From: Verrucomicrobiota bacterium
GTDB lineage: Bacteria > Verrucomicrobiota > Verrucomicrobiia > Verrucomicrobiales > DEV007
Reading direction: 5' to 3'
DNA: 64,000 bases
NCBI GenBank assembly: GCA_045046875.1
Contig: JASFYY010000050.1
Span: 54,699-118,698, forward strand
How positions within the stretch are numbered: the first letter of the stretch is position 1; each line of letters begins with the position of its first letter. The position numbers were made by a program, and so were the translations under genes. Below the pieces are notes generated by a model that was given only the letters and a program-made list of their open reading frames with translations, was not told the DNA's origin and made no database searches. Of this stretch, positions 56,850 to 64,000 are shown in pieces.

Positions 56850-59533
56850 CAACCATCCAGATTATCGAGCATCTGTTGCAGTTCGGCGGCGCGGTCCTTC
56901 CAGTGTTGCTGGCGTTCGCGGTTTTCTTCGATCACGGCTTCGGGGGCGCGTGAGACAAATTGTTCGTTAGCAAGTTTGTTGTTAACTTTGACCAATTCGG
57001 CTTCGGCTTTACCTAGCTCTTTGCTGAGACGTTTTTTCTCAGCATCGATGTCGATCAGACCTTCGAGCGGCATGTAGATTTTTCCGATGGCAGTTAGGGC
57101 GACCGGGACTCCTTGTTCAGCGGTGTGCCCTTTTTCGATTTGCACCTCGGCAGCGCCGCAGAGCCGAGCCAGCACGGACAGTTCGGGTTCGATCCAATCG
57201 GCACTGGGGTCGAGGATGAAACGAACGTTGCGGTTGGCGGCTAGATTGTATTCCGCTTTGAGATTGCGGGCGCGTCCGACAGCTTCGTAGATGGCGGTGG
57301 TTTGCTGCTTGGCGGCGATCGCGCGTTCGCTGCGCAAACCTTCATAAACGGCTTGTTTTGGCAACGCAAGTTGCATCAGGAAACCTCCGTCTTCGGTAAA
57401 GCCAAAATTCTCCCACAGCTCTTCGGTGATGTGTGGCATGAAGGGGTGCAGCAGAGCGAGAAAACGACGGAAAACACTGTCCATGGTTTCGAGAGTGGCA
57501 GCACGAGCGGCGGGGTCGGCGTCTTCGAAGAAGTCGCCTTTGCACGACTCCAGATACCAATCGCAGTATTCGCTCCAGAAAAATTGATAGAGCAGTTGCG
57601 CGATTTCATTGAATTGATAATCGCTGTAAGCTTGCTCGATGTTGTTTTGCAAATCGTCGAGTTTGGCCAGGATGTCGATGGCGTAGATGGATTTTTCCGC
57701 AGCAGTGATGCCGGGAGTGCTCTCTTGCATCTGACGGTAACGTGCGGCGTTCCAGAGTTTGGTGGCGAAGTTGCGCCCTTCGACGATTTGCTCTTCGTCA
57801 TAACGAATATCCGTGCCCATCGGGGCGATGCGCATCAAGCCAAAACGCACACCGTCGGCACCGTATTTGTCAATCAGGTTGAGCGGGTCGGGAGAGTTGC
57901 CCAGTGACTTGGAAAGCTTGCGTCCTTTGGCATCACGGATGAGGCTGGTGAAAAAGACGTTCTTGAAAGGTAAGCCGTCGGCGAACTGGTAGCCGGCCAT
58001 GATCATGCGTGCGACCCAGAAGAAAATGATATCCGGACCGGTGACCAAATCACTGGTGGGGTAGAATTTTTTCATCGTGGCGCTCGGATCTTCATCCGAG
58101 TTGCTCATGGTGGCGAAAGGCCACAACCAGGAGCTGAACCAAGTGTCGAGCACGTCTTCGTCGCGTACCCAGTTCTCGCTGTCGTCGGGAGGAGTGATGC
58201 CTACGTAAAGATCGTCGCCGGACAAACTGGCATCGAGGGATTCGGCGTTTTGCAATTCTTCGGCTTTGTCTTTGCGGTACCAAACGGGGATTTGGTGTCC
58301 CCACCAGAGTTGGCGGCTGATGCACCAGTCCTGGATGTTTTCCATCCAGTGAAGGTAGGTTTTTTTCCAGCGCTCGGGGCGGAAGCGGATTTCTTCGTTG
58401 GCCACGGCGGCGGTGGCTTCTTCGATTTTTGGATATTTCAGGAACCACTGCATCGAAACGCGCGGTTCGATCGGGACGTCAGCGCGTTCGCTGAATCCGA
58501 CATTATTCTCGTATTCTTCGATACGGATCAAGAGACCCATTTGATCGAGTTTTTCCGCAGCTTTGTCACGCGCTTCAAAACGATCCATGCCGACAAAATC
58601 GTCGCCGGCCAATTCGTTCATGGTGCCGTCGGGATTGAGCACGTCGATGATTTCCAGATCGTGTTTTAATCCGATTTCAAAGTCAGCCTTGTCGTGGGCT
58701 GGAGTCACTTTGAGCACTCCGGTGCCAAATTCCGGGTCGATGTGATCATCGGCAATGATGGGGATCTCTTTTTCAGGAAAAGGTCGAATGGCTTTTTGCC
58801 CGATCAGGTGGCCGTAACGTTTGTCGTTGGGATTGACCGCAACCGCGCTGTCACCCATCAGGGTTTCGGGGCGAGTGGTGGCGATTTCCAGGAAAGTGCC
58901 GGCTTCGTCTGCCAACTCATACTTGATGTAGTAGAGCTTGCTCTTCTGCGGCTTCATGATGACCTCTTCGTCTGAGAGGGCGGTGAGCGAGGCCGGGCAC
59001 CAGTTGACGATGCGTTTGCCGCGATAGATCAAACCTTGATTAAAGAGATCGACGAAAATTTTCGACACCCAGCGTGAGTAGTCCTCGTCCATGGTGAAGC
59101 GTTCGCGCTCCCAGTCACAGGAGCAGCCGAGGCGTTTGAGTTGTTTGATGATGATACCACCGTGTTCATCTTTCCAGTCCCAAACCCGTTCGAGGAATTT
59201 TTCGCGTCCCAGATCCCGGCGGGTGGTGCCTTTTTCCTTGCGCAATTGTTGCTCGACCTTGCTTTGAGTCGCGATGCCGGCGTGATCGGTGCCTGGCAAC
59301 CACAGCACGTCTTTGCCTTCCATACGGGCGCGGCGGGCGAGGATGTCCTGAATGGTATTGTTGAGCACATGGCCGAGATGCAGGATGCCTGTCACGTTTG
59401 GGGGTGGAATGACGATCGAGAAAGCCTCGTCGCTGGAATTTTCGTTTCCACGGAAGCAGTTGTTGTCGATCCAGCGGTTATACCACTTGGCTTCGACTTC
59501 TCCGGGTTGATAGGCTTTGGATATCTCGGACAT
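56849..59533 (-). CDS. valS: Valine-tRNA ligase
   Basis: PPPNVTG.LHLGH, DHAGIATQ, DWCISRQLWWGH, DVLDTWFSS, KLSKS, coiled-coil C-terminus. Confidence 0.98.
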   Translation of the reverse strand: MSEISKAYQPGEVEAKWYNRWIDNNCFRGNENSSDEAFSIVIPPPNVTGILHLGHVLNNTIQDILARRARMEGKDVLWLPGTDHAGIATQSKVEQQLRKEKGTTRRDLGREKFLERVWDWKDEHGGIIIKQLKRLGCSCDWERERFTMDEDYSRWVSKIFVDLFNQGLIYRGKRIVNWCPASLTALSDEEVIMKPQKSKLYYIKYELADEAGTFLEIATTRPETLMGDSAVAVNPNDKRYGHLIGQKAIRPFPEKEIPIIADDHIDPEFGTGVLKVTPAHDKADFEIGLKHDLEIIDVLNPDGTMNELAGDDFVGMDRFEARDKAAEKLDQMGLLIRIEEYENNVGFSERADVPIEPRVSMQWFLKYPKIEEATAAVANEEIRFRPERWKKTYLHWMENIQDWCISRQLWWGHQIPVWYRKDKAEELQNAESLDASLSGDDLYVGITPPDDSENWVRDEDVLDTWFSSWLWPFATMSNSDEDPSATMKKFYPTSDLVTGPDIIFFWVARMIMAGYQFADGLPFKNVFFTSLIRDAKGRKLSKSLGNSPDPLNLIDKYGADGVRFGLMRIAPMGTDIRYDEEQIVEGRNFATKLWNAARYRQMQESTPGITAAEKSIYAIDILAKLDDLQNNIEQAYSDYQFNEIAQLLYQFFWSEYCDWYLESCKGDFFEDADPAARAATLETMDSVFRRFLALLHPFMPHITEELWENFGFTEDGGFLMQLALPKQAVYEGLRSERAIAAKQQTTAIYEAVGRARNLKAEYNLAANRNVRFILDPSADWIEPELSVLARLCGAAEVQIEKGHTAEQGVPVALTAIGKIYMPLEGLIDIDAEKKRLSKELGKAEAELVKVNNKLANEQFVSRAPEAVIEENRERQQHWKDRAAELQQMLDNLDG

Positions 59534-59656
59534 AAAGCGCAACTATTCGTTGATGCAGGCGATTTGTAAAATTGAAATCGAAGGCAACTGGGCAGCGCCC
59601 CTTCTACATCGAGAAAGTGCGAGACAGAAAATTCAGCAGATGCTTAATTGATCAAC

Positions 59657-62600
59657 ATGACTCCCCTGTTTCGTATTTTGCCTGTTTTATTGAGCCTGTT
59701 GATGCTTTCGCCTGCAGTTGGCAGCGGTTGGCCGACTTATCGGGCTAATGCCGCACGCGATGGATATACGCCGGACGCGCTTCCCGATGATTTGGCTTTG
59801 CACTGGATTTGGAAATCCCAGCATCCTCCTCAATCGGCCTGGCCTCGTTCGCAGCGCATGACCTTTGATCGTGCTTTTCATACGGTTATTGCCGGGGGGC
59901 GGGTGTTTTTTGGCAGTTCTGCGGACCATCAGGTTTATTGCCTCGACGCCAGTTCAGGTGAAGTTTTGTGGACTTTTTTCACTGGTGGACCAGTTCGTTT
60001 TGCGCCGACGGTGTGGCAGGAGAAAGTTTATGCGGTCAGTGATGACGGTTATCTGTATTGTTTGGAGGCATCCAGCGGCAAGCTCAACTGGAAACATCGC
60101 GGAGGGCCGGATGACCGTAAAATCCTTGGCAATGAGCGTATGGTGTCGTCCTGGCCGGTGCGTGGGGCGCCTGTCATTCTGGATGATATTTTGTATTTTG
60201 CCGCGGGGATCTGGCCGACAGATGGCATTTATCTCTATGCTTTGGATCCGGGGGACGGGAAGGTTTTGTGGAAAAATGACAAAACGGGATCGATCTACAT
60301 GCCGCAACCGCATCCTGGCGCTGATGCCAATAGCGGCACTTCGGCGCAAGGTTATCTGATGGCGGCAGGGGATCAGTTGTTCGTGCCGACCGGACGGGCG
60401 GTGCCGGCGGTGTTTGATCGGAGAAATGGTAAGCTGAAATTTTTTCATCTGCAGGAGAACACTAAAAATGGCAGTGCAGAAATCATGGCGCTTGGAGATT
60501 TGTTTTATAATGGGGCTTTGCCTTTTGAAATGAAAAACGGTAAATCTCGCTTGCCCGCAAAGAAGAAGATTCCCGGCGCTTTGACTCGATTGGCGGATGG
60601 TTCCTTGGTGAACATTTATCGTGATACTCTATCTGCTTATCAATGGGGGGAGAGTGAAAGAACGGATCGCAAAGGAGTGTTGAATAAGGAAGATGAACTG
60701 AAACCGCTATGGTCGATTCCCAAAGTGCGGGAGTCGCGGGTATTGATCACTGCTGGTGATACGGTGGTCGGTGGAGGTGGCACCAAGGCGATCTCGGGAG
60801 TGGACAGCAAAACACAAAAAAGGCTCTGGCGTCACTATGTGGATGGAGTGGTTTATGGCTTGGCTGCGGCGGACGGGAAGTTGTGGGTCAGTACGGATCA
60901 GGGAACGGTATATTGTTTTGGTGAAAAAGGGACGGCTGAAGCGACGGTCGTAAGTGCGGAACCGGAGCCCTACCCGTCCGATCCGGCTATCGTTAAAGCG
61001 GCCGAAGAGATTATTCGTAAATCGGGAGTGACCAGGGGCTATTGTCTGGATTTGGGTAGTGACGATGGTGCATTGGCTTATGAGATCAGCAAACGAAGCG
61101 ATTTGTATATTTGTGGTATTGAGAGCGACCCTGAAAAAGTGGCTCTATCGCGCAAAAAACTCGCTGCCGCTGGAGTCTACGGGGCTCGTGTGGTGATTCA
61201 TCAGGGGGATTTGGATAAAACTTTGTATCCGAAATATTTTGCCGACCTGCTGGTCTCTTCGCGAGCGTTGAAAGAGGGTGCAGGTTTTCTCAATGCAAAA
61301 GAAAGCTTTCGATTGCAACGTCCTTATGGTGGGCTTGCTGTGCTAGGGAAAGCAGGGCAGCTAAAAGTAAATAAACGCGGAGCTCTGAAGGGGGCGGGGG
61401 AGTGGACCCACCAATATTCGAATGCCGCTAATACCGGAGCGTCGAAGGACGAAGTGATCAAAGGGCCGCTGAGCATGTTGTGGTTCAGGGATGTGGACCT
61501 TGAAATGCCCAGCCGTCACGGGCGTGGACCGGCACCCTTGTTTTATGAGGGGCGTTTGATTGTCGAAGGCATTGATGAACTGCGAGCGGTTAGTGCTTAC
61601 AATGGCCAGGTGTTGTGGTCGTATTCGTTGCCAAAAATACTCAGTGCTTTTGACGCCGAGCATCTGATGGGGACTTCGGGGACTGGCAGTAATTTTTGTA
61701 TCAGTGATGGCAGTGTGTATCTGCGCAAGGTAGATCATTGTCTGCGCATTGATGTGGCGACGGGTGAGAAGGTGGATGAGTTTATTGCACCCAAGGCAAG
61801 CGAAGTGGGTGAGGAGAGAGACAAGGGTTCGTCTGTAGAGGAGATTTGGGCACACATTGCCTGCGAAGACGGAGTGCTGTTTGGATCGGTGGCTAACACT
61901 GAGTTCGTGGTGGGCTTTCGGTATGGCAAGTCGGATATGCAAACCCAGTTCACACAGTCCAAACGTTTGTTCGCTATGGATGCAAAAAGTGGCGAGCTCA
62001 AGTGGCAGTTTGAATCGAGAAATTTGATCAAGCATAATACCATCGCCATCGGTGATGGCCGGGTGTATTTCATCGATCGCCCTGCTTCGGAAAAGGATGA
62101 AATGGATAAACGACGTGGAGCTAAATCTATACTTGCTCATGCAACAGGGATTCTTTATTGTCTTGACGCCCAGAGCGGCAAGGTGATTTGGAAATCGAAC
62201 GACAGTATATGGGGCACGGTGTTGGCGCTGAGTGTCGAACATGACGCGCTAGTGATGGCTTATCAGCCTGGCGATTTCAGGTTGCCGACTGAATTGGGGG
62301 ATCAAATTGAAGTGTATCAGGCCTCTACGGGGAAAAAAATGTGGAGCGCCAAAGGGCTGAAATACAAAACCCGGCCGATGATCATCGGCTCAAAACTCTA
62401 TGTACAAGGTGGAGCTTGGGATCTGGTGTCTGGTATCGAACAGCCTTTTGACTTCAAACGTTCTTATGGCTGCGGTCAACTGACCGGTTCACCGAATATG
62501 ATGTTGTTTCGTTCTGGAACCCTAGGGTATTATGATCTCACCGGCTCGTATGAATTGTCGAGCTATGGCGGAATCCGTCCCGGGTGTTGGATCAATGCCA

Positions 62601-62701
62601 TACCTGCGGGAGGGCTGGTGTTGATGCCGGATGCCACGGCGAGATGTTCGTGCAGTTATCTTAATCGTTCATGGATTGCTCTTCAGGGAGAAGAGGAATA
62701 A
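59657..62701 (+). CDS. Exported PQQ/BamB-type beta-propeller protein with internal SAM-methyltransferase-like domain
   Basis: Signal peptide, WPTYR...R.G, repeated LDA.SG..LW units, CLDLGSDDG, Cys-containing C-terminus. Confidence 0.8.
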   Translation: MTPLFRILPVLLSLLMLSPAVGSGWPTYRANAARDGYTPDALPDDLALHWIWKSQHPPQSAWPRSQRMTFDRAFHTVIAGGRVFFGSSADHQVYCLDASSGEVLWTFFTGGPVRFAPTVWQEKVYAVSDDGYLYCLEASSGKLNWKHRGGPDDRKILGNERMVSSWPVRGAPVILDDILYFAAGIWPTDGIYLYALDPGDGKVLWKNDKTGSIYMPQPHPGADANSGTSAQGYLMAAGDQLFVPTGRAVPAVFDRRNGKLKFFHLQENTKNGSAEIMALGDLFYNGALPFEMKNGKSRLPAKKKIPGALTRLADGSLVNIYRDTLSAYQWGESERTDRKGVLNKEDELKPLWSIPKVRESRVLITAGDTVVGGGGTKAISGVDSKTQKRLWRHYVDGVVYGLAAADGKLWVSTDQGTVYCFGEKGTAEATVVSAEPEPYPSDPAIVKAAEEIIRKSGVTRGYCLDLGSDDGALAYEISKRSDLYICGIESDPEKVALSRKKLAAAGVYGARVVIHQGDLDKTLYPKYFADLLVSSRALKEGAGFLNAKESFRLQRPYGGLAVLGKAGQLKVNKRGALKGAGEWTHQYSNAANTGASKDEVIKGPLSMLWFRDVDLEMPSRHGRGPAPLFYEGRLIVEGIDELRAVSAYNGQVLWSYSLPKILSAFDAEHLMGTSGTGSNFCISDGSVYLRKVDHCLRIDVATGEKVDEFIAPKASEVGEERDKGSSVEEIWAHIACEDGVLFGSVANTEFVVGFRYGKSDMQTQFTQSKRLFAMDAKSGELKWQFESRNLIKHNTIAIGDGRVYFIDRPASEKDEMDKRRGAKSILAHATGILYCLDAQSGKVIWKSNDSIWGTVLALSVEHDALVMAYQPGDFRLPTELGDQIEVYQASTGKKMWSAKGLKYKTRPMIIGSKLYVQGGAWDLVSGIEQPFDFKRSYGCGQLTGSPNMMLFRSGTLGYYDLTGSYELSSYGGIRPGCWINAIPAGGLVLMPDATARCSCSYLNRSWIALQGEEE

Positions 62702-62806
62702 GACTCATATCTAAACAAATCTCTCTTTGGAAATCGCTGTTGTTTGATCAGAGAAGCGGTTTGCGCCTTGGGCGCCTTGCCGCTAGGTTCGCCGCCCTGA
62801 AGTGCG

Positions 62807-63838
62807 ATGTCAGTATTGAGTAATCAGAAATCAGCAGCATGCCAGCGGAGGTTTATTCTTCGCTGGTGTTCGTTGGTGTCTTTGTGTGCGGCAGGTCTGG
62901 TATTTTTGGGGCAACAAAGTGTGTCGGCGGCAGATGAGTGGAAGCTCATACCTTACAGAGGGCTTAAATACGTGTCAGCGGCAAATGTGAAAAGTTTCTA
63001 TCGTTTTACTGCCATTGAAGAGAAAGGCAAAAAGTTGATTTTTAAGAGTCCGAATCTAGTGATGGAGTGGGAAATTAATTCACAGGCCATTTTCATTAAT
63101 AAAGTGAAGTTTGTATTGAGTTTCCCAGTTATTAAACCAACCCATCGTTCGATTGTGTCGGTGGTGGATTTGGCAAAATTGATAGATCCTGTATTGCGTC
63201 CGAGTTACATTCAGCATACCAGTAAGTTCGATACCGTAGTGATTGACGCTGGTCATGGCGCGCATGATTCCGGTGCGGTGGGATTGTTGGGTTATGAAAA
63301 AAATTATTGCCTTGATACGGCTTTAAGATTGGAAAAAGCATTGAAGAAACGTGGTTTTAAGACCCACATGACCCGCCGGACGGATCGTTTTTTGACATTA
63401 AGTCAACGGGTGCAAGTGGCGAATTCGATTAAAAATTCTATTTTTATCAGCGTGCATTATAACTCGTCGGACAATCGTCTGGCCAATGGAATCGAGACTT
63501 ATGCGCTGGCGCCTCAGGGGACGGTTTCTACCAATGGGGGCAGGGCTTCGGGTTTCAGGAAGGGGAATAATCGTGATGGAGAAAATATAGCCCTCGCGAC
63601 TGCGGTGCATGCCATGGCGATGCATCGGATGGGAGTTGAAGATAGGGGCGTCAAACGGGCGAGGTTTAATGTTCTGACAGGAATTAATAAGCCTGCGATA
63701 TTATTTGAAGGAGGCTTTGTGACCCATTCCGGAGATGCGCAGCGAATCAACGGTGTTGAGTATCGCGAGAAACTAGCGAACACAATTGCCGACGCAATAG
63801 TCGGCTTCCGTAAGGCGGTGGGAGGAAAGAAGCGGTAA
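62807..63838 (+). CDS. N-acetylmuramoyl-L-alanine amidase (Amidase_3)
   Basis: VVIDAGHG..D.GA, EK, TR..D.F..L..R, FISVHYN, PAILFEGGF. Confidence 0.92.
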   Translation: MSVLSNQKSAACQRRFILRWCSLVSLCAAGLVFLGQQSVSAADEWKLIPYRGLKYVSAANVKSFYRFTAIEEKGKKLIFKSPNLVMEWEINSQAIFINKVKFVLSFPVIKPTHRSIVSVVDLAKLIDPVLRPSYIQHTSKFDTVVIDAGHGAHDSGAVGLLGYEKNYCLDTALRLEKALKKRGFKTHMTRRTDRFLTLSQRVQVANSIKNSIFISVHYNSSDNRLANGIETYALAPQGTVSTNGGRASGFRKGNNRDGENIALATAVHAMAMHRMGVEDRGVKRARFNVLTGINKPAILFEGGFVTHSGDAQRINGVEYREKLANTIADAIVGFRKAVGGKKR

Positions 63839-63864
63839 GCTGGATGAAAATGGAGGTAGCGGAT

Positions 63865-63901
63865 TAAAATATGAGTGGGGACTGACTCCACTCATATTTT
63901 A
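63865..63901. repeat. 16-bp-stem hairpin upstream of the second RAYT-like gene
   Basis: taaaatatgagtgggg-actga-ctccactcatatttta (14 Watson-Crick pairs plus G-T and G-C). Confidence 0.8.
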
Positions 63902-63940
63902 TGCTTGTGTTGTTGGGAGGGGGTTGATAGGGTGGTTTTT

Positions 63941-64000
63941 ATGAGAAAGACGCGGGGATTTTTGTTGGGTGAGGCGGGGCAGACGAATTATTATCATGTG
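63941..64000 (+). mobile_element. 5' end of a second RAYT-like transposase (truncated by window end)
   Basis: Translates MRKTRGFLLGEAGQTNYYHV, 16/20 identical to the N-terminus of 8200..9258. Confidence 0.85.

Overview
A 64 kb stretch of bacterial chromosome. Gene content (DUF1501 and DUF1549/DUF1553 proteins, two Cys-type sulfatases, DUF1080-ThuA, a thioredoxin-SHD1 protein, a PQQ-propeller/methyltransferase, a Lys/Ala histone-H1-like protein, FabV) suggests a PVC-superphylum organism, probably a marine Verrucomicrobiales; this is inference. Housekeeping genes (rplU end, rpmA, trmL, three-gene pntAB, ribE, fabV, asnS, dtd, valS, amidase) alternate with a 10-gene MrpA-less Mrp antiporter operon, two Phd/VapC toxin-antitoxin pairs and a two-kinase signalling pair. 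No rRNA, tRNA or CRISPR array was recognised. The most interesting signals are: (1) a dispersed, nested repeat system made of 3x10-nt 'aaccacNRAT' arms, GTAG/GCAG/GGAG REP-like hairpins and two further modules inserted into one another, together with two paralogous HUH/Y1 RAYT-like genes (the second cut off at the window end and absent from the ORF track); (2) a CoA-transferase-GNAT fusion lacking the catalytic Glu, translationally coupled to an HDAC-family deacylase; (3) a 40-aa His-tailed lipoprotein too short for the ORF track; (4) a HisKA_2-type sensor with no phospho-acceptor His. All family calls come from motif recognition, not database searches.
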